Shown here piece after piece: positions 38,383 to 51,088 of a stretch of DNA of 64,000 bases. The translations under genes were made by a program, and so were the position numbers. The notes under the pieces were generated by a model, which was given only the letters and a program-made list of their open reading frames with translations, had not been told where the DNA came from and searched no databases. Each line of letters begins with the position of its first letter. The stretch's first letter is position 1. The stretch comes from Eremomyces bilateralis CBS 781.70 (lineage: Eukaryota). The stretch lies in assembly GCA_010015585.1 (NCBI GenBank), contig ML975154.1. One strand, given 5' to 3'.

Positions 38383-40232
38383 ATGACTCCTTCAATCGAT
38401 AATCTCCGATGCCAGACACAGCAGACCTCAAGTTCCGCTAAGCCGATTCCGATCCGACATGTCACAGAAGGCTCAGCAATCAGTGATTCCGTCCACGTGC
38501 AGAGGACGGAGGAGCTGTTGCGGCTTCCCCATGGGAAGGTGACCAAAGTGTGCTGTATTGGAGCGGGCTACGTAGTATGCATCCAAAACCTTGTAAGGGA
38601 CCTATCGCCGTACAAATACTGACCGAAGGTGGTCTTCAGGGCGGTCCCACCAGCGCCGTAATGGCGAACAAGAACCCGGACCTGCAAGTAACGGTCGTAG
38701 ATCTTAGCATCAAGAGAATAGAAGCATGGAAATCGGATCAACTACCTATTTACGAGCCGGGTCTGCTCGACGCCGTGAAATTAGCAAGAGATGGCGATGG
38801 TGGCCGCAAGCCGAACCTGTTCTTCTCCACCGACGTCGACACGGCGGTCCGAGAGGCGGAACTGATCCTCGTGAGCGTGAACACCCCGACCAAAATCACT
38901 GGCACCGGCGCCGGCCGCGCTTCCGAGCTCAGCTATTTCGAGTCGGCTGTCCGGACCATCGCAGAGGTGGCGACCACCGACAAGATCATTGTCGAGAAGA
39001 GCACGGTGCCATGCCGGACGGCTGAGAATATGCGCGAGATCCTCTCCGCCATCGGTCATCCCGGCGTGAACTTCGAAATCCTTTCCAACCCCGAGTTTTT
39101 GGCTGAAGGGACGGCCATTCCCGATCTCATGGAGCCGGACAGGATTCTGATCGGATCGTTAAACACGGCGGCTGGCCTTAGTGCCGCCGCTGCGTTGGCG
39201 GATGTATACGCCGCATGGGTTCCGCGGGAAAATATTATCACGATGAACACGTTCAGCTCCGAGTTGGCGAAGCTGGCTGCGAATGCGCTCCTTGCTCAGC
39301 GGATCAGCAGCATCAACGCTCTGTCTGCCGTATGTGAAGCGACCGGTGCAGATATTGAAGAGGTCTCATATGCCGTTGGCCTTGATACCCGTATTGGCCG
39401 CAAGATGCTGAAAGCGTCAGTCGGATTCGGCGGATCATGCTTTAAGAAGGACGTCCTCTCCCTCGCCTACATCTCCGAGACTCTCCACCTACCCGAGGTT
39501 GCGGCGTACTGGAGGAGCGTCGTCGATATCAACGAGTACCAGAAGGACCGCTTCACCAAACGCATCATCCAATGCCTCTTCAACTCGCTCAAGAACAAGA
39601 AGATCGCCATCCTGGGGTTCGCGTACAAGAAGGATACGGGCGATACGCGTGAGAGCGCGGCCATCACCGTGGTGGAGAGCTTGGTGGCCGAGGACGCGAA
39701 ACTCAGCATCTACGACCCCCGCGTCGAGGAAGAACAGGTCTGGTCCGACCTCAAGCAGACCCATATCGGCCTCCCGAAGATGAAGGAGAACGTTACCCTG
39801 TGCTCGAGCGTCTACGATGCGTGCGCGGACAGCCACGCCGTCATCATCTTGACCGAGTGGGATGAGTTCAGCAACAAGGTCGCGCCGACCACCAGCCGAC
39901 CAAGCGGTGAATCAGATGGTGAGACCGACCCTGCATCACCACAGGTCGAGGACGACCCCACCGACAGCCCGAACGGCGCAAATGGCCACGCTAACGGAGC
40001 GGCAGCGTCGAGCACCTCGTCGGGCATGCCCCGCATGGACTGGGCACACGTCGCCTCGGTCATGCGGCGCCCGATGTTCGTCTTCGACGGCCGCAACGTC
40101 GTCGACAAGTCGAAGCTGGAGGATCTGGGGTTCCGCGTCGAGTGCATCGGGAAGCCCGGGTCCGCGTCGTTTCGCGAGCGGGGCAGCGTACCCAGCGGGC
40201 GGAAGAGCAGCCAGGAAGGTTCGCCTGTTTAA
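38383..40232 (+). CDS. ugd1: UDP-glucose 6-dehydrogenase; intron 38575-38639
   Basis: Rossmann motif CCIGAGYVGGPT spans the intron. VNTPTK, VEKSTVPC, SNPEFLAEG, catalytic GFGGSCFKKD, GFAYKKDTGDTRES and VFDGRN are all present. Confidence 0.96.
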
Positions 40233-40887
40233 TGCCGGCAACAGGGTTACTAGCTTTCATTCCGAGTGTCATTTTCTGATCCGTAATAATTTGTCGCCGC
40301 TGTCGTCGGTTGTTGAACGTTGGTGATTCGGCACTGGATGTCGGAAAGGGGCGGTTGGATCACATGGCACCTATAATATTTCTTCCGAATTTTTCGCTGG
40401 GGATTCTTGCGATGGTGGGCATCTGGGGTTTCAACGGATTGGATCAGGAGCGGCATATGATTAAGCGGCGCATCATCGCCACGGGCCATGTGTGGTAATC
40501 TTACGGGCAGTTTTCCGACATCACCATGAAGGAGACGGCAAAGTCGAAATCTGGCAGCGGTGTGATGCACACCAGCTCCATAGAATGGTGTTCCATTCAT
40601 TCATAGACCCTATCATAGACTACTAAATCCTATATTCTCCCCTATCGGGAGTCCGCATTCGGGATCCGTATCGTCGCTCCCTACTATCATACAAAAGTGA
40701 AGAAACCGTGCTGCGCTGGTCATTGGGGATATCATCGCTATAACCAGGTATGCGAACGCCAAACGCTGACCCCGCCAGGAGTGCAAGGGAAACCCAAAGG
40801 AAATGGAACTCGCTCAATCACTGGAACGGGGTATGCAAATGCTCAAATCGTGCGCGAACGAACCAAACTGGCGTCTCATTTCCATCT

Positions 40888-42168
40888 TCATGCCCCAGCC
40901 GTCTGGACTTGATCGTCAGACTGCTCGGCCTCTTGGGCGGACCTTTCGCCAAGACCTTCACCGCTCCCCTCACTCGGTTCATCGCCGTCATCATCGTCAG
41001 TCTGGCCTGCCGTTCCGCTCGGCCCGGCGTGTTTCTGCATAGAGGCCTGCGGGGACTGCGGTTGGGGAAGCAGCCGCTTCACTCCCACATCGAGCTCCTC
41101 GAACTTGTGACGCACGAGCTGGATGTTGATCCGAGCCGAGTTGAACATCTGCTCGGACGGGGGAAGATCCACGGCAAGGTTGGTGTTCTCAGTGAGTTGG
41201 GTAATGAAGAACATGAAGCGACCAGTCTTGATCTGCAGCTCGGCGAAGTTTGCACTGCCCGCGGGGACGCCGGTATGTTTGCTGTGATAGAAATTAGTGA
41301 AGGACATTAAGAGGATTTGCGGATATCTTACGCCATGGATTGCTTGTGGTTCTTCAGGATGCTCGAAAGGCGCTCGAATCGATCTTTGAATGGGTTTTGC
41401 TTCTCCAGGCCCCGAGTCACCTTCGCCACCACAAGACAGGTGGTGCGCTCGTAGAGGACCAGCTCCCTCGCATCTATGAGCTCGGCGAGGTTCTGGAGCA
41501 TCCTCTCGATCTCTGACGCGTTCGGGATCAAGTGATAGATGATTTGGGTCCACGCGCGGTACAAAGATTGGTCCCAGATACTAGTCGCGAAGAACTCGAT
41601 GGTCTTGCCAAAGACTTCGGAGTGATCGCGGATGACTTGCGAACGCTCGTCGAAGAGACGGCCACGCAGTTGATTCTGAACAAGATCCATCTTGTGGATG
41701 AGGCAGAACACTTTGGCGGTGGGGCTCCACTCCTGGAGCGCGTGGATGATGTTGGAGTAGTTGATGACATCCGCCTGGAACTCCGGGGATTCGATGTCAA
41801 AGACAAAGATCATGATTGCCACGCTGCCAAACACATGCTCACGCTGGTGAGTGAGGTAGTTCTCAACAAACCCATCTTGGCTGTAGCAATATTAGCGTCG
41901 ACGTTCATTGAAAACATTCACTGGGAATCGAGTGATGTCATTGATGATAGTGAAGAACTTACCCGCCGCAGTCCCAGAGATTTAGAGTGAGATTCCCCAT
42001 GAACTTGATGTTGCTATGCTCGACATCGATGGTGGCTCCAAGCCTCCTTACATCCGTCGCGACATAGTTGCTGAAGACGATGGATCTCATCGACGACTTG
42101 CCGGCTCCGCTCTTGCCCATGAGAAGCACTTTGCGCTGCTTGAGGCGCTTGGGGTATTGTGACGCCAT
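40888..42168 (-). CDS. gtr1: Rag GTPase Gtr1/RagA; introns 41962-41881 and 41331-41282
   Basis: [61 protein letters not shown]. Confidence 0.96.
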
Positions 42169-42311
42169 CTTGCGCTGTCTTCATACTCAGTCAGAATTTG
42201 ATATTTATGTGAGACGAGGAAGTGAGGGAAAGAAATAAACTCACTCCAATAGAAGTGACAACATCTTGATGTTGATAGCTCTAACACTTGATGAAGCACG
42301 TGGATGTATTG

Positions 42312-42339
42312 GCCTTATCGCCTTATCGCCTTATCGCCT
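42312..42339. promoter_or_regulatory. (GCCTTATC)3 tandem, i.e. three GATAAG motifs, in the gtr1/WW bidirectional promoter
   Basis: Direct reading; about 145 bp upstream of the gtr1 ATG. Confidence 0.5.
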
Positions 42340-42574
42340 GAAAGAAGGAAAGTTTTCGCCTTATATTCTGATGGACGGTGATATTTGTTGTAGCCTAAGG
42401 CGGAAAATGTGGTTGAAGATGAAGGGAAATAGAAAGCTCTGATTGGCTGGAGGCCCGATCCTAGAATTCCTTCCATACATCAATGCTGCCCTCACCTCCG
42501 TCATTTAATATTCTCCGTTCAGGCCATTTTCCATATCCTTATAACTGATCCTCACTGAACTTACACTAGCCATA

Positions 42575-43423
42575 ATGTCTAGCGAACGGGAGGAGCACGA
42601 GCAGTCACACAAAGCCGAGACAGACACTCCAAAAGAGCAGGACCCCCCAATGCCTTCAGCACCGGCGCGTTCTCCAGCGGAGTCGAAGAAAGCCGAGGAC
42701 AATTCAAAAGAGCCCACATCGAGCAAACCATCCGAACCCTCAGAACCTCAAACCTCATCTGCGCCCCCTCTCCCGGACGAAGAACCTCCCGCTCCCCTCC
42801 CCGATGAAGCCCCACCACAAGACGACGGCTGGGAAGCGGTCTGGGACGCCGCCGCGCAAAACTACTACTTCTACAACCACTACACCAAAGCCACGCAATG
42901 GGAGAACCCGCGCGTCCCCGAAGCTGCCTCCTCCTCCGCCCCCGGCACCGGCAGCCACGATCGGGTACCCACCAGCTCCGCACGGGGAACCTCATCACCC
43001 GCCCCGCGCAAAGTCGCAGGCGGCTATAACCCCGCAATCCATGGCGACTACGACCCCAACGCGGACTACGCGATCGCGGACCAGCCTGACTCGGACGAGG
43101 AGCGAGAGCGGCAGCAGGTGGCATTGCAGGCAGCGATGGCGAACGCGGGGCCGAACCCGTACGGCGCGACGGGGGCATTCAATCGGTTTACGGGGAAGTG
43201 GCAGTCAGCGGAGTTGACACCCGATCAATATAATGACGAGTCGAAGAGTCGGCGGCAGATGAATGCCTTCTTCGATGTGGATGCGGCGGCAAATAGTCAC
43301 GATGGGCGGAGTCTGAAGGCGGAGCGGCAGGGGAAGAAGCTGTCGAAGGCGGAGATAAAGGCGTTCCGGGATAAGAGGAAAGGAAAGAAGGAGGAGAAGC
43401 GGAGAGCATGGTTGAGGGATTGA
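42575..43423 (+). CDS. WW-domain protein, 282 aa
   Basis: DDGWEAVWDAAAQNYYFYNHYTKATQWENP; conserved-looking FNRFTGKWQ and RRQMNAFFDVDAAANSHDGRSLKAER; basic C-terminus. Confidence 0.9.
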   Translation: MSSEREEHEQSHKAETDTPKEQDPPMPSAPARSPAESKKAEDNSKEPTSSKPSEPSEPQTSSAPPLPDEEPPAPLPDEAPPQDDGWEAVWDAAAQNYYFYNHYTKATQWENPRVPEAASSSAPGTGSHDRVPTSSARGTSSPAPRKVAGGYNPAIHGDYDPNADYAIADQPDSDEERERQQVALQAAMANAGPNPYGATGAFNRFTGKWQSAELTPDQYNDESKSRRQMNAFFDVDAAANSHDGRSLKAERQGKKLSKAEIKAFRDKRKGKKEEKRRAWLRD

Positions 43424-43712
43424 CGGGGTTGGGATTTGCATGGGAGTCTCGGGGATGGATCATTTAGGGGAATACAACCTCTTTGGATAGGGAGGAGTTA
43501 TAGTGGCCCGTTAAAACATGGAGGGTGGCGTATTGCTTTTCGAGCACGGGTCTACTACAGCGTCATCTCTGAGTTTAGGTGTCTGCCATTCCAAAGGCCT
43601 GAAGGGCTTTTCAGTTGTCGACACGCATCATGTAATCATACACGCCATTGAAGGCCAACTAGCATTTCCCCTTCAATCATGAGTTCCCTTCGTCATGATC
43701 GATGCCTCCATA

Positions 43713-44385
43713 TCAACTCCCGCTCGCAGCATTCGTCGCATCGTCCGTATCCACTTCCATCCCTTCAGCATCCTCTTCCTCTTCATCGCTCTCATCCTCG
43801 TCTCCTTTGACAGCAGTATCCAAGCCCAAGCCCTCCTTCAACAGAAGATCCACCACCTCACCCTTGTCATTGAGTTCTGCCTCATATACCGCATCGTGAC
43901 CAGCGGCATTCAACACGGTGGGGTCGGCTTTCCGCTTCAGGAGGATCTCCACGGCGGGAAGATGGCCGTTTAGCGAGGCCCAATGAAGCGCCGTGTTCCC
44001 GGACTTGTTCTTCGTATTGATGTATGAGATCATGGCAGGACTGCTCTGATTTGAAACCTGGCTGTCGCCATTCTGCGGGGCACTGCTGGGCGCATTCGAA
44101 TCGTCGAATGAGGCAAGGACGGCTTGAACTATGTCTAGGAGGATGTTAGTAATCCACACAAATGGAGTAGAGTAAGTCTCTCGTACCAATATGGCCATTC
44201 GCGCACGCATAGTGCAACGCCCCATTTCCAGATTCCTCGTCAACGGCGGCGGTTATGAGTTCGCTCTTGGTGCAAGATTTCTGCCCCGCCAGCTCCGCCA
44301 GGAATTGCTCGAGGTCGGCAGTCTCATTTGCCCTCGAAAAGTATAGGATGTCGTCGATTTCATCCTCGCTAAGTGATGGCACCAT
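43713..44385 (-). CDS. yar1: Ankyrin-repeat protein Yar1 (Rps3 chaperone); intron 44186-44135
   Basis: LSEDEIDDILYFSRANE, GNGALHYACANGH, GNTALHWASLNGH, NAAGHDAVYEAE and an acidic tail. Confidence 0.88.
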
Positions 44386-44737
44386 GGCAGCTGAAGGGGG
44401 AAACCATCGGTTGCTGAACGACTCGTCAAAGTTGTTCAACTTCTTGACGAAATGATGGATGGAGATCGAGAAATTCTAAGTGGGGCAGGGCTTTAACTAT
44501 TTTAGGCTAGTCTTATACATATACGGTACGGTTTATAACGTGAACTTATTACGGAGTATCCGACGAGTTACAACTTCACGATTCCCGTCACTCTCATCAC
44601 TGCTGGATAAGTGTAGATGATAAGATGATGCAGTATTATTGTTACAACTCTCAAAAAGTCTTAGATCATTAGTTTATTCCATTGCAATATCAAAGCATCC
44701 AATCCTATATGACCGCCACTAACCGTGCTACAAGCAA

Positions 44738-46657
44738 TCAAATCGATACTGAACTAGAAGATGCCATCTCTATCCCATCTTCACAAGGTGAGGCAGGCTT
44801 TGTCCGGCGGTGACTTCGTGTATGCCACTCATGCTCGATCAGTTCAGCCTTCTGCACCCACTGACTGTCGATGTCCGGCACAATTATCGGTGTCCTGGTA
44901 ACGTTCAACTCCCTTCCCACCGACCACATGACGACTTTGAGTCCCAAGAACCAAATCAACCCCCACGTCAACGCTGAAATGCCGACCGTTGGAACGATGA
45001 ACCACTTCACGGGAACAGCAACCGAAGCAGACAAAGATTCGGTCAAAGCAGACGGAGACTCAGCCGGGGGCTTGGCGAACGATGCTATAGCAAGGAAGCC
45101 CAAGGTCAAGAAATAGACGACGACGTGAGTAGGCGATAGCCAGGGTATGAAGTTTGCCCTGGATGACCACTGGACGCTCGGTTTGAACTTCAGGTACAGC
45201 AGCCCCCCCGACACGATCAGAGGCGCCAGAACCCTGATGGTATAGCTGTATAGATCGACGAGGACAGCATACGACGTTTCGGGCGGAAGCATTGCGGTGA
45301 CGCCGACCAACAGCACTGACATAGCCCAGTGCAAACCCAAAGCCGCCATTGGGGTCTGCTCAAGGCGCTCATCTTCGCTGTCGGATGCTGGCCTCCTGCT
45401 CCATTTTGCCTTGAACCATGCCCACGGAGTGGTCATGCTCGTTGCAAAGAATAGCGAAAATGGCAGGACGCCTTCCTTGGCAATCTCCTGCTTCACTCGC
45501 GAGGCGGTGAAGGTCATCACAACAATGTTCCCGAAGATCGAGAAAGCCGCTAGGCCGGACATGGCTTGCTTTGCACGGTGGTCGCCGAACATGTGTTGAA
45601 AGAAGAGGGATGCCATGGGTATACTGGGATTTTTCAACTGCACCTCTTTCGGGACAGCCAGAAAGTACGCGATGTTCACAAGCATGAAGAGCGTGGCTCC
45701 GATGCATAGTGCGAGGATCGTCGACTTTGGGAAGATTTTTCTGGGGTGGCGGACTTCGCTAAGGACGTAGAATGGCTGCTGGAACCCAGAGTATGGATAT
45801 AGCACACACATCAACGCATCCACGTAGTGGACGACCGTCCTCTTCGGTCCGCTGAACGATTTGTCCAGATCGAAGTTGTCAGTCGCAGGAGGCTGCCCCC
45901 CAAAGCGCTTCCCCCCAGCCTTAATGAAACCGAAAATGATAATCACCACCAGCAGGAGGACTTTTAGAATCGCGAAGGTATTGTTGACCAAAATTCCGCC
46001 TCGGCGCGAACAGACATGCACTAGCACCGCGGCTGTCAACGCAACGAGTGCAATGCCTATTATCGGACCTCGACTAGGTTTCTCGTGGCCAGCGGCTTCC
46101 ATCACGAACTTCCCGATCGCAATCGAATTACCGGCTAGGCTGCCGACAATAATGTACGGGATGCCATACATGCAAGCGGTCAAGAGCTTGGATCTGTAGA
46201 ATATGAATTGAAGCTGATGACTGGTAAGCCTCGACCGTGGATATCACTCGCTCAGACCTTACATAGTTGAGTTCTCCCCCGCTGCGCGGTACACTCTTCT
46301 GCTCGTTGGTGCCTGGGACATTTCGGAACGGCACCGAAAGTCCCAGTTCAAGCCAAACTAATAAACCGCAGAGGTGTATGAGGGCCCCGAAGGCCCACAG
46401 GAGTAGCGATGCTCCGACGCTGCCAGTTCCAGCGAGGACCTTTCCCGGGAGCATGAAGATTCCCGAACCTATACTCGTTAAGATTGGAATACTACAGGTA
46501 GAGCCCATAACTTACCTATGGTACGGTTCAGAAAGAGGCAGATGATGCTGAAGGGGCCGAGCAACTCGCTGGTGCTGGGGGCGCGATCAACGCGTTGATG
46601 GCCTTCGTCGAGATCCCGGAGCACATCTTCAAACTCTACTTGGTCAAAGGCCGCCAT
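44738..46657 (-). CDS. APC-superfamily amino-acid permease (Mup1/methionine-permease-like); introns 46515-46469 and 46262-46214
   Basis: FLNRTIGSGIF, WLELGLSVP, PRSGGELNYL, YVLSEVRHPRK, MTFTASRVKQEIAKEGVLPFS; about 12 TM helices. Confidence 0.9.
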
Positions 46658-47225
46658 AATGATTCATTGCTGAGCTCATTCGAGTGAATCCAACATGAAA
46701 GCGAAGACAGCCACCTTTTGTAGCAACGCACCACAGTGCGTCTCCTGATCTGCAGCCTCATCGCTGCGGTGCTTCTACCTTGCCCTTTTTCGCAAGGCTA
46801 GATTCGCCTACCCAGTACGCCATTGTCGCGAAGAGCGATACTTTAGGTAAATTGCGCATCCTCAGCTCCAATGATCTCGGTGAGCACACAAGGCTATCTT
46901 GGCGGACTGGGCCTAGACTTCTTATTTTGTTGCTCATTTACAACTGGGCATCTCGAACCATCGTGACCGCAGTGATGCAGCGCCTCCATGGTCTCAAGCC
47001 ATCGGATTGGTTTAGTGACTGTGGCTGCAGGTTTATTGATTAATTTCTCGGCTGCGATGTCGCGCAAGGTTATTACGTTCTCGTGATGTGACTGGTTTGA
47101 AGCTCTAAGCCACCACAGGTCGAGCTGGGTCGTAGCCTTGCGGATTGCTTCTTGAGGGCTCGAAGATCGGTTCTAAAAGGCGACTTGTCTCGCAATCAAT
47201 CCACTTGGTCGAGCAGCTATGCATC

Positions 47226-49560
47226 ATGTCGGTGATTCAAGCAGCTGACATTGTCAAAGGGATCGAGATCTGCATATGGATCCACGAGAATTGCTTTACC
47301 CAGGTAAACCGCGCTGGTTGGTCTCCCTTGCGTCTTCCTCATAGGCCCTAATACTGACGAAGACTGTAGATATAAGATATTTGCAGTTCGGTGCCGATGT
47401 GGCCAAATTGCAACCGACTTTGAAGAGGCTTCTCTCGGCATTCAATCGTTCCCTACTCCATCGGGGCAGCGACTCTCCCGATGACGACCTTCTCAGGCGT
47501 GAAGCAAAGGGGCTGATTGGCGACTTTAACGTCACGCTGAAAGAATGTAAAGAGCTTCTTGAAACCCATAAGGGGATCGTAAGAGATGGTACCGGATTTA
47601 TTGATAATGTCATTTGGGGTGCGTCGACGAAAAAGCGAGTCGACGATCTGCGAGCTCGTTTGCAATCAGACATCCAGCGAATCGAGTTCTTTTTGGAGTC
47701 AGTCAAGCTAGAGCAATACAACTCCCAGGCGGGCGATATTCAAGAGATCCTCACCAACACACGGCAACTTCTCGGACTGTCGACTTATTCCTCGCTGGAG
47801 CCTGTCCCGGAATGGCTTGACGTTCGGTTTCAGAAAGCCCTGGAAGTGAATGCTCCGACATCTTTTTCGGGTATGAAAAACATCCCCCTGGAAGATAGCC
47901 ACGAAGCTTTGTATCGTCATTATCGGGAAAGCGTCAACGACAATTCCCCGAGCGACCAGAGCATGGACCAGTACCTCCACCTTCTGAAAGCCCAGTGGAT
48001 CCTTGAAACGATCAAGCAAAGCGGCCCCTTCAGAGCGCTCCGTCCCGGATCATGCTATATACGGACCGTAACCCGGCTTGAGCAGCTTATATGTGAACAA
48101 TTCGCGTGGCCTGGACTGGTCAAGTTCTCCGACGAGGAACTCCAGAAGCTGAACGACTCGGCATTCCTCATCTGGCCTCCGCAAAAGACCACCGCGCCCA
48201 AGCAATTGACCGAACCGAACGGTCTAGAGGAGAAGGTCTTAGAGATCTCGCTTCCAGAGTCGCCGTGCGTGCGGAAGGAAGATCTCGTCGTCTTCCAGCG
48301 AGGGCCGACGACGTTACGTCTGGCGCGGAACATCACTCCCGTGAACGGCGTACCCCGTCAAGAAAGTGAGAAGCTGAGCACGCATATCGATCGCTTCATC
48401 CCGCTATACGCAGTGCCTCCATCAAAAACAGGAAGTCCGGCACTGACATTCAAAATCTGTGACGGCAAGGGAGGTGGCGGCACACCGTACGAGTTCAAGT
48501 GCGAGAGAGACGTGTTCGCTTTCCAAAAGGCTGTCACCGGGTTCGAGGTTATGTCCGATATGAAACGGGTGGAGTGGTCATTTAACCGGAAAAAGCTGAA
48601 GCTGATGTCCAAGGGTATCGGAAATCTCGGGCGAGTCCAGCTGTGGCGCTGGAATCCGTTGTCCACTGGAAGGTCCCTTCAGATGGGCTCCGCCGGTAGC
48701 CGCGAGAGCGAACAGTCGGCATCGCGGAGCCAGAGCTCGGAGAGTTCGAGGCGCTCCGATTTGACGAATCCGACCATTGCTAAGGTGGTCAGAGGAGAGA
48801 AGGAGTCCCTCTTCGCGGTGACGGAATCAGATCGTGGTGAGACTGTGCTTGCAGTAGCCTCGCAGCCGTCGCCAGTTCTATTCATCTACGCCAAAGAAGA
48901 CGGAGCGTATTCCTTGCTGCATCTCGAGCGTAAGTGCCAGAAAACAGACCCTCGTAGAGGTTTTCCCGACATTCACTAACTTCAAACCCAGTACGTCCAG
49001 GGCTCGGCATCGGGATAACCTCCTGCCAGTGCCGCAAATCCGAAGAGCGGTGCAAACGCACCGTGATCGAAAACATCGATCCCAAGCACCCTCAGACCTT
49101 CACCGTCCGACGTCTTCACGCCCCCCTCGACCTCTGGGACGTCTCCGTCTTCGGCCTCCCGGAGCACCCGGCATCCAAAGATCCGAAGCAGGTCGAGCGC
49201 TTCAAATGTGACTACCTCAACCTCGACTTCGACTCGGTGGCCGAGCGACGGAAATTCAACCAGCATGTCCGAGTGCTGCTCAAGCTCCGTGACGACGCCG
49301 ACGCCGCGTACAACCGCACCGTGCGGCGGGCGATGACTCTCAGCGACAAAGTGAGCAATACGGAGACGTCGAACCGTGCTCCGGCCCCTACGGGCACCCG
49401 GACGACTTCGATCTCGACGGGCGCCGACATTCCGAGTTTGAGCCGAGTGACGACCACGCCTCCTGCAGTCCGACAAGTGTCTGTCACGCCGAATTTCACC
49501 GACTTGATCCAGACTGCGATGGATCTAGAACGTGGATATCCGTCCTTTGAGAACAGATGA
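47226..49560 (+). CDS. Protein of unknown function, ~740 aa, with a helical N-terminal domain; introns 47317-47369 and 48930-48991
   Basis: Both introns have consensus sites and join three ORF pieces in frame. N-terminus MSVIQAADIVKGIEICIWIHENCF...IGDFNVTLKECKELL...FIDNVIW...VDDLRARLQSDIQRIEFFL; beta-rich C-terminal half; CQC...C cluster. Confidence 0.8.
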
Positions 49561-51088
49561 ACCCTGCTTTTTCACCGGATGGGGCGACCTGTCAGTGATG
49601 AACGAACACGATATTCCGGAGTATGCGCGATCGAGGCAGCAGCGCGTCCCCATGCTTCGGCGGAGGAATCCTCGACAGACTCTGTGGAGTAGAAAGTGCC
49701 ACGTGCAGTTCAAGTCTAAAGCTCCTGATCCGCGGGAGAGTGGGTTTCCAGCACTATCTGCGTGCACAGGCGTGCCAGGGAAACAGCACGTGGGATGAAG
49801 CTGTGGAACGCGATATGATCAGGTACGGTGTGGGCTAGTCCAATGGCGCCGACTTCAGAGCGATAGGAAGAACATGAACGACATAAAAGTTACATTGTGA
49901 CCAAACTCTAAGCTCTCCTATGTGGTGGGACCGAGTCAAGACAGTCCAATATCCAGACTGCGAATGAAGCACGAGAATCACGATATCAGTCAAATAAGTA
50001 GACGGCGCTACTCGCAAGTCTCTGTATATATCCGAATATATCCGATAGGAAGCGAGATACCATCATATTCAACATGCAAGCACCAGCCACACCCGTGAAT
50101 ACCGCGTCATACAGAGTCGTATATCTGCCCGTCTCCGCGAACTGCATCGACTCTATCCGATACGAGAAAGTGAAGACAGGGGTCTATGCCGCCCCCGGCG
50201 CCCTCGGCATCGCCCTAATGGCATGCACGACGCAACGACACTATTTCCTATTTCTCCCTCGAGACCATGAGCGAGCGGGAGAGACAGGGAGAAAGAGACA
50301 GAGAGGCAGCAAAAGAAAGAGTAAGAGCAAGAGCAAGGAGGATCGCACGCGATAATGGCACCGTTTCCCAGATGTGCGTGTCCGATTTCAAGCAAAATGC
50401 AACCCTGCGAAACCAAACCCGCGGCAGAAGGTCCTGCCAAGAAACGCCGGATGAAGGAGAAAGAAGCACCACACTCGCCGAATCCCGTGGGGCCATGGAT
50501 CTCGACCGATCGCAACGACAGAACAGGAGGGACGGACACAGACGGGTCCACCGATCTCACGACGGCCCCATCCCTCGCACTTCATTCTTCAAACTCCCCC
50601 TCCGCCCCATCCCTCCTCCTCGTCCGAAACCCAGACGAAAGCAGTCCCCGTCCCACCAATCCAGAAGAGACAGGTCGAGTGTACGCGACGAAGGGAGATT
50701 CATCGATGTCAAAATACGCCGTCGCTTCCCCATCCGAATAATCCGTGGACAGTGTGGTTATAAAAAAAAACACACCCGAAAACGCAAATCAAAATTCACG
50801 GTGTTGTGTGTGAGAAATGTGTGTGCGTTAAGTGGGTAATCGCAAATCGGAAAACAATTAAGGCCACGCATGAGTTATGTTATATGGAGGCGTAGGTGAC
50901 GTGGAAATGGCGGTTCGCGATGCGATGATCGTAGATAGATCCTAGGGCGAGCGGTTATTTCCACCTTTTAGAAACCCGCGCGCGTGTAAAATGGACACCG
51001 GCAGTCCAGCGGATGGCAGTCCGCACATATCTACATCTCTGCCGGCGGACGATTGACTTTTATGATACCAGCGAACTCGGCCTTGCGC

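Noticed and set aside
50267..50839. Arg-rich ORFs over a GA-rich tract
   Set aside because: Low-complexity sequence downstream of nik1, probably 3' UTR or intergenic.
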